The notes under the pieces are model-generated. The model was not told where the DNA came from and did no database searches. It saw nothing but the letters and a program-made list of their open reading frames with translations. Position numbers and translations under genes: made by a program. 64,000 nt of DNA, taken from contig CAWBBV010000016.1 of NCBI GenBank assembly GCA_963787125.1, forward strand, positions 128,001 through 192,000, written 5' to 3'. This stretch comes from an uncultured delta proteobacterium (lineage in GTDB: Bacteria > Desulfobacterota > Desulfuromonadia > Geobacterales > DSM-12255). This document shows, in pieces, positions 29,621-39,586 of this stretch; position 1 is the first letter of the stretch, and every line of letters begins with the position of its first letter.

Positions 29621-30589
29621 ATGGAGTCAGTGCTTGCCCTTATCGGCGATGATCTGAAAAACGTCGAAAGGCAGTTTAAAAAAGATCTTGAATCAAATGT
29701 TCCGCTGATCCGGAAAGTGGGAGAGTACGTACTCTCCAGCGGTGGCAAAAGGATTCGTCCGGCACTCCTTCTCCTGGCAGCAAAGCTTCTTGATTATCAG
29801 GGTGAACGGCACGTCCCGCTGGCCAGCGTGGTCGAGTTCATTCATACCGCCACCCTCCTCCATGACGATGTTGTCGACAGTGCCAATATGCGGCGCGGAC
29901 TCGCCTCGGCAAACACCCTCTGGGGTAACGAAGCCTCCGTGCTTGTGGGCGATTTCCTCTTTTCCAAATCCTTCTCCCTCATGGTTGCTGACGGCGATCT
30001 CAATGTCCTGCGGATACTCGCGGGCGCAACCACGCAAATCGCCGAAGGTGAAGTACTCCAGCTTATCTGTACCAGCGATGTCGATATTACCGAAGAACGC
30101 TATATCGAAGTCGTTGTCTGCAAGACCGCTATTCTCCTGGCAGCAGCCTGTCAGGCAGGCGCTGTTATCGGCAACGCTTCTCCGCAGCAGGAAGCCGCCA
30201 TGGCCGCCTTCGGGATGGATATCGGTGTTGCCTTCCAGCTAATGGATGACACTCTGGATTACGTTGCTGACGAGAAAGAGTTCGGCAAAAATATCGGCCA
30301 CGATCTGGAAGAGGGTAAAATTACCCTGCCGCTTATAGAAACTCTGCGCAACTGCTCTGCTGATGAACGGGAAATGGTCAGTGAAATCGTTGTCAAGGAT
30401 GAGTTTTCCCGCGAAGATTTTGATCAGGTTCTGGAACTTGTCACCAGATTCGGGGGGATTGACTACACTGTCAACAAGGCAAAGAAGTTTGTTGCCACCG
30501 CTAAATCGCATCTTGAAATATTCGACGATTCACCCGTACGCGCAGCCCTCTACAAGTTGGCTGACTACGTGGTGACAAGGGGACATTAG
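29621..30589 (+). CDS. ispB: Polyprenyl (octaprenyl) diphosphate synthase
   Basis: GGKRIRP, HDDVVD and FQLMDDTLD motifs. Confidence 0.92.
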   Translation: MESVLALIGDDLKNVERQFKKDLESNVPLIRKVGEYVLSSGGKRIRPALLLLAAKLLDYQGERHVPLASVVEFIHTATLLHDDVVDSANMRRGLASANTLWGNEASVLVGDFLFSKSFSLMVADGDLNVLRILAGATTQIAEGEVLQLICTSDVDITEERYIEVVVCKTAILLAAACQAGAVIGNASPQQEAAMAAFGMDIGVAFQLMDDTLDYVADEKEFGKNIGHDLEEGKITLPLIETLRNCSADEREMVSEIVVKDEFSREDFDQVLELVTRFGGIDYTVNKAKKFVATAKSHLEIFDDSPVRAALYKLADYVVTRGH

Positions 30590-30594
30590 CCGTG

Positions 30595-31128
30595 ATGAAA
30601 AATTTTATCGTTATTACCCTCCTTATCATGACGGCACTTCTGCCTGCCTGCAGCAAAGAAAAAGAGCCAAAAAAAGCAGCTCCTGTCTCGGTGTCCAAAG
30701 CGGTAGAGGGTGGCGCCGCTCCTGACTTCACCGTAAAAGATCTTGACGGTAAAGAGGTGAAACTGTCTGACCTGAAGGGGTCGGTAGTACTGGTAAACTT
30801 CTGGGCTACCTGGTGTCCACCCTGCAAGGAAGAGATCCCCTCCATGGTGAAGCTTAACAAGGCCATGACAGGGAAAGCGTTCCGGATGCTTGCCATCTCC
30901 ATTGATGAGGATGGTAAAGCGGCCGTAGATAAATATTTCAAAGGAAACAAAGATCTCCCCACCTATCTGGATGCGGAAGGGAAAACATCTCAGCTTTACG
31001 GCACCACCGGTGTCCCGGAAACCTTCGTAGTTGACAAACAGGGGATCATTCAGAAAAAAATCGTCGGCGGCATGGACTGGAGTTCGCCGGACGTCATCGC
31101 CTATATGGATGAACTCCTGAAGAAATAG
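30595..31128 (+). CDS. TlpA/ResA thiol-disulfide reductase lipoprotein
   Basis: Lipobox LPAC; NFWATWCPPC and GVPETF motifs. Confidence 0.92.
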   Translation: MKNFIVITLLIMTALLPACSKEKEPKKAAPVSVSKAVEGGAAPDFTVKDLDGKEVKLSDLKGSVVLVNFWATWCPPCKEEIPSMVKLNKAMTGKAFRMLAISIDEDGKAAVDKYFKGNKDLPTYLDAEGKTSQLYGTTGVPETFVVDKQGIIQKKIVGGMDWSSPDVIAYMDELLKK

Positions 31129-31845
31129 ATGGGCGCCTCGCACGACATATCTCTTCTCGGCGCTTTTGCCGCAGGAATTCTCTCCTTCCTTTCCCCTTGT
31201 GTTCTGCCACTCGTCCCCTCTTTCTTGACGTATCTGACAGGTCTCACCTTTGCCGACCTTCAGGCCGAGCACCCGACCCACTTTGTCCGCAAACAGACGG
31301 TCATTCACTCGCTGCTTTTCATCCTCGGCTTTACCATCGTCTTTGTCATGCTGGGAGCCTCGGCAACATATGCCGGCAGTTTTCTACGCGAAAACATGCA
31401 GATCATGCGCCGGATCGGCGCCGTCCTGATCATGCTTTTTGGCCTCCATGTCTGCGGACTGCTGCCGATAGCGCTGCTTCTTGGCGAGAAACGGGTCAAT
31501 ATCCGCCACAAACCTGCCGGTTACTTCGGCAGCGTCCTGGTGGGGATAACCTTCGCCGCCGGCTGGACACCCTGTATAGGCCCGATTCTCGCCTCAATCC
31601 TCATGGTTGCGGCCGCAGAAAGCACGGTCTATCGAGGCATCCTCCTCCTGCTCGTCTATTCACTCGGCCTCGGGATTCCGTTCTTTCTCTCTGCCCTGGC
31701 TACGCATCGTTTTCTTACTATTTTCAACCGTTTCAAAAAGCATATCCGCCTCTTTGAAATCATCACGGGGATATTTCTTTTCATCGTCGGCATAATGATC
31801 TTCTTTGATAAACTGACGCTGTTGCAGCGCTATTTCAGCTTCTGA
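31129..31845 (+). CDS. ccdA: Cytochrome c biogenesis protein CcdA
   Basis: SFLSPCVLP and GWTPCIGP motifs. Confidence 0.93.
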   Translation: MGASHDISLLGAFAAGILSFLSPCVLPLVPSFLTYLTGLTFADLQAEHPTHFVRKQTVIHSLLFILGFTIVFVMLGASATYAGSFLRENMQIMRRIGAVLIMLFGLHVCGLLPIALLLGEKRVNIRHKPAGYFGSVLVGITFAAGWTPCIGPILASILMVAAAESTVYRGILLLLVYSLGLGIPFFLSALATHRFLTIFNRFKKHIRLFEIITGIFLFIVGIMIFFDKLTLLQRYFSF

Positions 31846-31899
31846 ATTCTTGAGCAAACGAACACCTTAAATATTCAATAGCTGGCCCAGGAGGGACAA

Positions 31900-32463
31900 A
31901 TGGAAATAAAAGATAAATTCTTTCTTGATGCAGGGAATTCAGTTCTGGTGGTAATCGACGTGCAGGAAAAACTCTGCCGGGCGATGGACGAAAAAGTCCT
32001 GCGGCATCTGGTGAAAAACGCCGGCATAATGATGGATACAGCTGCAGAGCTTGATATACCGGTCGTGATTACCGAGCAGTATGTAAAGGGCCTTGGCGAG
32101 ACTCTCACTGAGCTGAAAACCAGAGTGGCTGAACCTGCCCTGGAAAAGATGACCTTCAGCTGCTGCGGTGATTCCGCTTTTACAGAAAAACTTCAGGCAC
32201 TCGGCAAGAAACAGGTCATTATCGTCGGCATGGAGTGCCATGTCTGCGTGCTGCAGACCGTCATCGAACTGCTTGACGCCGGCTTCTGCGTTCACCTCGT
32301 CAGGGATGCGGTTATGAGCCGCAGGAAGGATAACTGGTACGTGGGACTGGAGACTGCCCGGGATGCCGGAGCTGTGATAACTTCAACAGAAGCGGCGCTG
32401 TTTCAGCTGTTGAAAGTAGCGGGAACAGAAGAGTTCAAGAAGCTGTCGAAGCTGGTGCGGTAG
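31900..32463 (+). CDS. Isochorismatase-family hydrolase
   Basis: VIDVQEK, KMTFSC and ECHVCVLQT motifs. Confidence 0.9.
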   Translation: MEIKDKFFLDAGNSVLVVIDVQEKLCRAMDEKVLRHLVKNAGIMMDTAAELDIPVVITEQYVKGLGETLTELKTRVAEPALEKMTFSCCGDSAFTEKLQALGKKQVIIVGMECHVCVLQTVIELLDAGFCVHLVRDAVMSRRKDNWYVGLETARDAGAVITSTEAALFQLLKVAGTEEFKKLSKLVR

Positions 32464-32486
32464 AAGCGAAGACCACCAAAGAAGAG

Positions 32487-32529
32487 AAGCCGCTTTAATC
32501 AACAATTACCCTGATTAAAGCGGTTTTTT
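32487..32529 (+). terminator. Rho-independent terminator at the left border of the island
   Basis: CCGCTTTAATCA..TGATTAAAGCGG-T6. Confidence 0.75.
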
Positions 32530-32697
32530 CGTTAAAATTGCGTAAGCCCTTTGTTTGAGCGGAGAATGTCTTCCAAACTTACCTTGATACTCTCCGCACA
32601 ACCGTTCCAGATTCCCGTCCGGCGAGGCATAGCCGATGACGATCTCATCGGCCAGTTTCAGCATCAGGTCGGAGATGAAAATAAATCTGTCCCGCAT
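32515..32697 (-). pseudogene. Probable 3' gene remnant (DprA/SLOG-like C-terminus) truncated at a GGGACAGATTTATTT motif
   Basis: LMLKLADEIVIGYASPDGNLE resembles the end of SLOG-fold proteins; the N-terminal RDRFIF is encoded by the motif itself. Confidence 0.4.
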
Positions 32698-32925
32698 TAT
32701 TTCGCAAAAGTAGTTCAGCTCGATGGTGATAGGATTGTCACCTTACCAGCAATAAAATCAATGAGACAAGAGGAGTGACATCCAGTCTGTCATGCTGGGC
32801 ATCTGGAGAATTCAAGAGATTCATAGAAGGGGATAGAGCTTGTCCGATGCGATTTCAAGGGTTATGGGATAAATTGGCAGATTTCTAGTGTGTGGGCACA
32901 TAAATCGACCCTCTATTCCCCTCTT

Positions 32926-35727
32926 TTACCACCCTCGACTTAGCAGTTCCTTCATACTCACGCCGTTCAAGACTGAAGCACACGTTTCCCAGTCAGCATC
33001 TTCCACCTTGCTGTATTTCACGTCGAATGGATTCCTGGTGGCCGTGGTTCGGTCGATGAGCTGCCTTGCCGCTTGCTCGTCATTGAGTGCGACTTGCACC
33101 CACACGTCTTCAAGCGTGTCCGGGATCTGACCGAAAAGCTCATGGATTGATTCGAGTCGATCAGCCAGCACCTGATGGACGCGGTCTTCTACCGAGTCGC
33201 GATAGCGGAGATTGGCGATCCAGATTTCAGAGCGCGCCTGGCCGATGCGTTGGATGCGGCCTTTGCGTTGTTCAAGCCGGGTCGGGTTCCAGGGGAGGTC
33301 GATATTGATGAGTGTGCCGAGGCGTTGAAGATTCAAACCTTCTGATGCTGCGTCGGTGCCGAGCAATAGTTTGAGATCGCCGTTGCGTACACGTCCTTTG
33401 AGAACATTCCGGTCGCATCGCTGGAACCTGCCATAGCGCCAGAAACCGGAGCGGTTGCTTCCTGCATAAAGGCCGATGTCAATACTCGCAAATTCCGTTC
33501 GTTTTGCCAGTTCATCTCCGACCCAGCGCACGGTGTCGTAATATTGCGAAAATAGAATGCAGCCCAGGTCGAGCCAGCGGCATGTGACACCCGAATGCGT
33601 GCCGATAAGATAACCGATCAGAGCTTCGAGCTTTGGATCGTTGTTTCCTCCCTGCCGGAGCAGATCTAGGCAGCGGCGCAGTGATACCTTTTCCGCATCG
33701 GTGTAATTCTTGAAGTCGCTTACTCCCTGTGATGGTCGTCCAATTTGCGCTGGCGATTCCTCTTCCGCATCATCGTCGTCCTCATCATCCGGAATATCGG
33801 GCTCTTGCTCTTCACCTAGCAGCTTGCTCACGGTGCGTCGCCCGGCTTCCATCGAACTTCCGAGTCGTCGCAGGAGGAGCGTTTTAAAGAAGCCAGCACC
33901 TTGCACTCTTTGCTGGAGCAGCCGGGAAAATTCCTCCGCCTCCTGATACGCTTCCAGTAGATATCCGCTGAGGATAAGGGCAGCCTCGTTTTCCTCTCCG
34001 AACAACTTCACGGTAACCTTCGGCAAAAAATAGCCGCCCGTTGCAGGGTTGATAGTTGCCTCCAGGTAGCCGCGCGTCCGGCGGACAATACAGCGCAACA
34101 AAGGATTGAAGCGTTCGCCGTAATAGGGAAGCAGTCCGTTTTTCAGTTGTACCCGCTGGATCGCAGTCGGTAATTGAGCAAGACTTTCGGGTTTGAATTG
34201 CCAGCGATTGTCCTCCGCATTGAGCTTATTGCGAATTTGTTTGAACGCCGGATCTTCAAACCGGGATGGCAGCGGGTCATGGACGTATTGCCAGCCTTCA
34301 CGGACATCCTCGGTCGGCACTACCGCATCTCCGGTAGCAATTGCGAGGCAATGGCTGGCTCTAAACCACGGACTGGTCTGCGTCCAGCCGCCGAGTACTC
34401 CTTCGTTCCCGTGAGAGAGGATATGCAGAAGATCCCAAGCCTCAACCGGGTGAAGCTGCACCGGGGTAGCCGTAGCAAGCAGCATGCTTTTGGTCTTCGG
34501 TCCAATCTCACGCAGAAAGGCCATCAACTTGTTTGGTACCGCCCGCTCATCAATTTCATCGGCTCCGGCATCCACCTTCGGCACTTTGCGGCGCCGGGCG
34601 CGGTGCGATTCATCCACAATGACGCAAGTGTAGCGGCGGTTCAGCAATTGATTCACTGCCTCAGAGAGACCGCGCACCACCAATCCCTGCGATACCAGGC
34701 CGATCCTGCGTGGACATTTACCGAGTGATTTTGGCCCCTCCGACGGATATTCCAGATCGTTCTCATCCACCCATGCGCGACCATTCCAGCGGGCGGATGG
34801 CAACTGGAGAAGTTCCATCAATTCATCCTGCCACTGCTGGAGAAGTGGCTTGGGGGCGAGGACGAGAATCGGGCCCCCGTCAGGATCATCAAGAGCCATG
34901 AGCATTGCGGCCATGGCAAGCTGGACGGTTTTCCCCAAGCCAACCTGGTCAGCAAGGACAAGTCGCGCGCCGCCAAGCCGGTGGCGTTCCAGTGCCAGCC
35001 TGGCAAAGTACTTCTGGTGCGGCCAGAGCCCTTGCTCGCAGCGATATACAGGAGTTTCGACCGCAGCAGCAGCGGCGGCAGTCGTAGGATCGGCGATAGA
35101 CTTCAGCTCATCCGGTTCAATAACTCTGCGGGAAATGATGCGCTGCACGTCTTGGACAATGAACGGGCAGCAAGCCAGATCCATTGCTCGCGGATCATTC
35201 CAGAGGGCGTCAAACTCCTCCTGTACCCAGGCAATGGTTTCGGGATCGTTGTCTTCCCACAGCAACTCGTAATTCACCTTCCAGGCCGAGGCACTTTCGT
35301 TGACGCTGCCGAGGAAGGCAATAGCGGAGCCGTCCGCACGACGCACAACTCCGGCCTTGCCATGGATCAGGCCGAACGCGGAATCGGGCAACACCCGCAC
35401 TTCCATCTTTTTACTGGTGAGGGCTTCAAAGAGAGCACGATAACGCGGGATTGCACTGGGAGGGGCTTCTTCCGGTCTGCCGGAACACCAGCTGCGGCGC
35501 AGTGCCGCTTGAGCGGCGGCAGCGGTGACTAGGTCCTGGGGATCAAGGTCCGAGTTGCAGATAATGCGCACCGGGCCGGTTACTTTCGCGATAGCTTCCC
35601 CGGCAACCTCGAACAGGCTGGAGCGGAAATAACCGGCAATGCGGTCGTAGGAAACAGCACCATCAAGGCGCTGGTTCAGCACCGCTTGGTCAAGTCTGTT
35701 TCTCCGGCTGGAATGTCGTGTTAACAT
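32926..35727 (-). CDS. PLD-like nuclease domain fused to an SNF2-like helicase
   Basis: IHGKAG..GSVNES (HKD-like); LADQVGLGKT, IVDESH, ATATP, ASEGLNLQ and LPWNPTRLEQRKGRIQR motifs. Confidence 0.9.
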   Translation of the reverse strand: MLTRHSSRRNRLDQAVLNQRLDGAVSYDRIAGYFRSSLFEVAGEAIAKVTGPVRIICNSDLDPQDLVTAAAAQAALRRSWCSGRPEEAPPSAIPRYRALFEALTSKKMEVRVLPDSAFGLIHGKAGVVRRADGSAIAFLGSVNESASAWKVNYELLWEDNDPETIAWVQEEFDALWNDPRAMDLACCPFIVQDVQRIISRRVIEPDELKSIADPTTAAAAAAVETPVYRCEQGLWPHQKYFARLALERHRLGGARLVLADQVGLGKTVQLAMAAMLMALDDPDGGPILVLAPKPLLQQWQDELMELLQLPSARWNGRAWVDENDLEYPSEGPKSLGKCPRRIGLVSQGLVVRGLSEAVNQLLNRRYTCVIVDESHRARRRKVPKVDAGADEIDERAVPNKLMAFLREIGPKTKSMLLATATPVQLHPVEAWDLLHILSHGNEGVLGGWTQTSPWFRASHCLAIATGDAVVPTEDVREGWQYVHDPLPSRFEDPAFKQIRNKLNAEDNRWQFKPESLAQLPTAIQRVQLKNGLLPYYGERFNPLLRCIVRRTRGYLEATINPATGGYFLPKVTVKLFGEENEAALILSGYLLEAYQEAEEFSRLLQQRVQGAGFFKTLLLRRLGSSMEAGRRTVSKLLGEEQEPDIPDDEDDDDAEEESPAQIGRPSQGVSDFKNYTDAEKVSLRRCLDLLRQGGNNDPKLEALIGYLIGTHSGVTCRWLDLGCILFSQYYDTVRWVGDELAKRTEFASIDIGLYAGSNRSGFWRYGRFQRCDRNVLKGRVRNGDLKLLLGTDAASEGLNLQRLGTLINIDLPWNPTRLEQRKGRIQRIGQARSEIWIANLRYRDSVEDRVHQVLADRLESIHELFGQIPDTLEDVWVQVALNDEQAARQLIDRTTATRNPFDVKYSKVEDADWETCASVLNGVSMKELLSRGW

Positions 35728-35760
35728 GCAGGGATGAAAGATGAATTATAAGGGATGAAA
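35728..35760. repeat. Heptamer (GGATGAA-type) repeat arm, left of the TA module
   Basis: ATGAATTATAAGGGATGAA (35741-35759) is an 18/19 inverted match to 36508-36526. Confidence 0.8.
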
Positions 35761-35799
35761 GTGGTAGGCATGATAGTTCCTAAATTCTTCTCTCTGATC

Positions 35800-36132
35800 T
35801 CAATCCCTTGACAAGCGCTCCAACAGCAAATCCTCGAGATTTCTTCGACTGTCAACAACCGAGATAACATACACCGTATTTCCGTCAATACGATATATGA
35901 TGCGCCATGGTGACAGTATCAGTTCACGGTACTGAATAATGCCATGCTGGTGGAGTTCAGGCACAACTCTCCCTTTGTCGGGCAAATTATTAAGAGTTGC
36001 AGCGCGCTCACGAATCCTGGCAAAAACAGCCAGCGCCGCATCAACACTATCATCGGCGATAAAGTCAACAATGCACTCCAGATCAGCCTCTGCTGTTTTC
36101 GTCCAGACTACCATGAACAGATGCGTTGCCAT
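35800..36132 (-). CDS. RelE/ParE-family toxin
   Basis: WTKTAEADLE.I..FI, GRVVPEL, RIIYRI and V.SVVDSRR motifs. Confidence 0.9.
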   Translation of the reverse strand: MATHLFMVVWTKTAEADLECIVDFIADDSVDAALAVFARIRERAATLNNLPDKGRVVPELHQHGIIQYRELILSPWRIIYRIDGNTVYVISVVDSRRNLEDLLLERLSRD

Positions 36133-36422
36133 TATGCTGTCTGCTTTCTTCGCTCAGTCAATCTCGCTTCAATACGAGTAAAGACCTCTTCCTGCCCGCT
36201 CAACCTGCCTGCACGAATATCATTCTCCCCCTGCACCATCAGTTTAAGCATTTCGATGGTATTCCTCATGCTTTCGTAGCTGGCAGTATCCTGTAGAACA
36301 GCGCGAGCCAAGCCATTCTGGGTGATAATGACCGGCCTGCGGGTTTCGTTGACCTGTTGCAGCAGATGAGCGGCATTCCCTTTCAGATACGTTACTGGTT
36401 GGATATCTTCTGTTAAGTTCAT
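36132..36422 (-). CDS. Phd/YefM-family antitoxin
   Basis: EDIQPVTYLK and PVIITQNG..AVL motifs; SD GGAGG before MNL; overlaps the toxin start by 1 nt. Confidence 0.9.
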   Translation of the reverse strand: MNLTEDIQPVTYLKGNAAHLLQQVNETRRPVIITQNGLARAVLQDTASYESMRNTIEMLKLMVQGENDIRAGRLSGQEEVFTRIEARLTERRKQTA

Positions 36423-36433
36423 GGCAAACCTCC

Positions 36434-36471
36434 GGTACGAATAACGTACCTTATTTAGCCCTTTACTGCAA
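36434..36471 (-). promoter_or_regulatory. TA promoter with palindromic operator
   Basis: TTGCAG-N17-TACGTT, with GGTACG-N5-CGTACC overlapping the -10. Confidence 0.6.
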
Positions 36472-36532
36472 GAATGAAGTATGAAGGTTTCTTTTCGTCC
36501 TTCATCCTTCATCCCTCATAATTCATACTTGC
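36472..36532. repeat. Heptamer repeat arm, right of the TA module
   Basis: TTCGTCC TTCATCC TTCATCC CTCATAA TTCATAC, plus a short opposing GAATGAAGTATGAAG. Confidence 0.8.
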
Positions 36533-36536
36533 CTCA

Positions 36537-39500
36537 CTAAGCGTGGTCGTTACGAAGTCGTCCGGCAAGGATGCGGGCGGCTTCGGAGTCAGTGATCCAT
36601 TCGTTCATACCCACGGCGTTCCCCAGCGCAGCGAGCCATTCGAGGAGAGAAATGAAGCGTTCGCGCTGGCCCCAGTACCCCTGACCAAAGGTGTCGCGCA
36701 GATACTGACGGCCCGGCTCCGGGCTGTTGTCAGAGACGCTGGTTTCCCGGACGGCAAAGAGCAGGTGGCGTAGCGGTGACGCTGCGAAGGGATGCGGGGC
36801 ACCGGCGGCGGCGCGTCCACGGCTGGCGGGGAGAACATCCGCAGTACCACCACTCAGCGGTGCAAGGCCGGCGGCGGCAAAGCCACTGGGAGCGTGCATA
36901 CGGGCACCGTTGGCTTTATCACTCTTCAGGAGTGGCCGGATGTCGGTTACACCGAAGCCACGGGCCAACTCTTCATACATGCCTTTGCGGTGCTCACCCC
37001 GGCTTTCGATGTCGAGGGCCCGGAGGTAGTAGCGCTCCACAAGCGAAAGTTCGCGCCATGAGTTGTCCAGACCACGGGGAACAAGCATATCGCAGGCTAT
37101 GCCGAGGGCACGCTCGATGACGGTCTGGAAATCACTCTTCTCATTTCTGACCCGCACGGCAAAGACCTCATGCTCCACGTCGCGTCCGTCGAGGGTGCCG
37201 TATTGGGTGAGAACTTTCAGAGCGGCGGCGTAGGCGGCGAGCTGGTAATCGGCATCGTTAAAGTTGGGTTCCCCACCCTCGTCGAGGGCTTGCATTGACT
37301 CGATTTGGCGTTTCACTTCGTCTTCCACCAATGGATAAACCTCGTCAAGGAAACCCGGTTCGTTAGAAGTTAGTTTCCGTAGAACGAGACAGACAGTGCC
37401 TTGAACGTAGTTACCCTTCTTGATGCCAGCTGCCTCAGTTTCGGTACTGATTGTCCAGGCAGCGGTGGCCTTGAGTCCGGCTGCCCAGAGGATCATGCCC
37501 AGGTCAGCCCATACCGCTGGATTCTGGTGGGTAAACATGACCATCTGCAATCCGTTGTCCGGCATGTGATTGGCGAGGTTGCGGTAAATCTCAACCATGG
37601 AACGGCGAAAATCTTCGCCATTACCCCGTACGGCGAGTTCAGCACGAGCATCTGGTGTCCATTCCGGGAAAGCCCTGGCCAGTTGTTTGTCATACCACGC
37701 AAGGAAGAAGTCAGCGAGTTCGTGGTAGTTCACCGCATCGGCATAGGGCGGATCAGTGATCCAAAGGTCACAGGTCTCCCGTAAATCGCGAGCGTCGCAA
37801 GGGTAGATACTCGAAATACTGTTGATGGGGCTGCCTGGATTAATCGAAATCCGAACTACATTTTTAAAACCATCAAATGGACGGTTTGCCCACGTGTAAA
37901 GGGTATTAAAGGCTTGATTGTAAAAAGTTTGGACCGACGCACCAATTCCGCCGCTACGAGCTAGTTGCGGAGTCCATCTGCAGAGTTTGGTACTCCAATC
38001 GGAAGACGCAGCAATGCCGACCAAGCATGCAACATAGTAGTTCTTAGATCTTCCCGTTTGGCGGAGTGCGAGTTCCAAAAACAATCCATGCATTAATAAT
38101 TGCCGTGGTGTGAAGAGATGGTGCCAGTGAGTCCAACCGCGCTCACGGAAAAGACGATCAGTTTCCGCGCCACTTTCTGGAATCGCTTTGGACGGGATGA
38201 ATCCTTCACGCTGCCAATCAGTAAATCGTTCGCGAAGCAGTTCAAGCACTTTGCGTTCTCGGTCGAGGTCAGCGGAATCAGGGGCAGAGTAGCGGCGCTT
38301 CAATTTTGTAACCGCTTGTCCCTGGTCGTTTATCTCGGTTACCATCTTTGCCCATCTGATGCAGTACAATCGTTCCTGAAACACATCGCCAGGGCGGGGC
38401 ATTACATCATCGTTGGTCCAACGGCGCAATCCTTCTGGGCCACGCAGAGCTTCAATTGACCACGAACGATTAGGATCAAAAGGATCGATGACCCTACTGT
38501 CCACTGCTGTGGCTCCTTTTTTGTTTTTGTAGAGTTCAAGATCACTTTCTGAAACTGCGATAACTTCTGGATGGAGTTGCTCGCAACCTGGAACCCGATG
38601 CCAAGTGGTCACAATGCGATACTTCTCGGAGATTACCCAACTTGGTGCCAGAGGAATGTAGTAGTCACACCCCTCTGGCTTCACCTCAACACAATAAAGA
38701 AATGCCTCGGCACGTTCGCCACGATCATTGTGCTCAATCTGCCACTCAGTTATCTGCATGTCTGTCGCTGTAATAACCAGCTCCTGCACACGCCTGACTT
38801 CATTCTGCGCCTCTTTGCCGCCGCCAAGCAGATTGAGGTCAGCCCACGTCAACAGCCCCGCGACAGGATTCAGATCCGAACCAAACGCCTGGCAACCAAT
38901 ACGCGCTGCCTCGAAGGGGATGGAACCCCCACCGCAGAAACAGTCACCCACACGGGGAGTATGGCCGTAGGAGCGTTGGCCGAGTTGATCAATAAGCTCT
39001 GTCAGACTGCTGGCATTGGTACCGAGATGTGAGTTGATTTCCCCCCATGCTGACTCTGTTGGTCCGCTGACATTCTCAGGGCGGTCACAGTGGGTGATAC
39101 GTTCTGCATACGGCAATTCATCAAAGTCTGTCCGGAGGGGAACTGGCCGGCGACGTTGGTCGTCTAGGGCTTTACGATCTGCATCGTCAAGCGATTCCCA
39201 AATCTGCGTGCAAATTTCTTCCTTTTCTTCGTCGCTGAGCCCCTTTTTGAATCCACGGGCACCAAAATACTCATCCCGGATTTCAACCGAAGCGGCCTCG
39301 CGCCATGCAGCCGCCGGGATTTCGCCCTTGCAGCGCTGCCATGCTCCATCATCATCCATGGTGAGGATTTTGAGAAATATCTCCCGATCCTTTTTTGGAT
39401 TGTCTGAGGCTGGCATCAACATACCGAGAATGGAAGCGCGAACGAGAATGAGCGGCTTCCGGCCCCACCATTTACCAAGACCGGTGAGCGTCTGGCTAGC

Positions 39501-39575
39501 ACCAGCCTTACGTTCCTTGTAAGACTCAGCAGAGAGGCGGGCTATGGGAAACTGGGTTTCGATAAAAGTGAGCAT
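36537..39575 (-). CDS. DUF1156-domain DNA amino-methyltransferase
   Basis: LGKWWGRKPL, motif I DCFCGGGSIP and motif IV TDPPY. Confidence 0.9.
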   Translation of the reverse strand: MLTFIETQFPIARLSAESYKERKAGASQTLTGLGKWWGRKPLILVRASILGMLMPASDNPKKDREIFLKILTMDDDGAWQRCKGEIPAAAWREAASVEIRDEYFGARGFKKGLSDEEKEEICTQIWESLDDADRKALDDQRRRPVPLRTDFDELPYAERITHCDRPENVSGPTESAWGEINSHLGTNASSLTELIDQLGQRSYGHTPRVGDCFCGGGSIPFEAARIGCQAFGSDLNPVAGLLTWADLNLLGGGKEAQNEVRRVQELVITATDMQITEWQIEHNDRGERAEAFLYCVEVKPEGCDYYIPLAPSWVISEKYRIVTTWHRVPGCEQLHPEVIAVSESDLELYKNKKGATAVDSRVIDPFDPNRSWSIEALRGPEGLRRWTNDDVMPRPGDVFQERLYCIRWAKMVTEINDQGQAVTKLKRRYSAPDSADLDRERKVLELLRERFTDWQREGFIPSKAIPESGAETDRLFRERGWTHWHHLFTPRQLLMHGLFLELALRQTGRSKNYYVACLVGIAASSDWSTKLCRWTPQLARSGGIGASVQTFYNQAFNTLYTWANRPFDGFKNVVRISINPGSPINSISSIYPCDARDLRETCDLWITDPPYADAVNYHELADFFLAWYDKQLARAFPEWTPDARAELAVRGNGEDFRRSMVEIYRNLANHMPDNGLQMVMFTHQNPAVWADLGMILWAAGLKATAAWTISTETEAAGIKKGNYVQGTVCLVLRKLTSNEPGFLDEVYPLVEDEVKRQIESMQALDEGGEPNFNDADYQLAAYAAALKVLTQYGTLDGRDVEHEVFAVRVRNEKSDFQTVIERALGIACDMLVPRGLDNSWRELSLVERYYLRALDIESRGEHRKGMYEELARGFGVTDIRPLLKSDKANGARMHAPSGFAAAGLAPLSGGTADVLPASRGRAAAGAPHPFAASPLRHLLFAVRETSVSDNSPEPGRQYLRDTFGQGYWGQRERFISLLEWLAALGNAVGMNEWITDSEAARILAGRLRNDHA

Positions 39576-39586
39576 TTATATCCTTC

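Noticed and set aside
36423..36512. N-terminal extension MKDEGRK... of the antitoxin
   Set aside because: Translated from the heptamer repeat and promoter; the SD supports the start at 36422.
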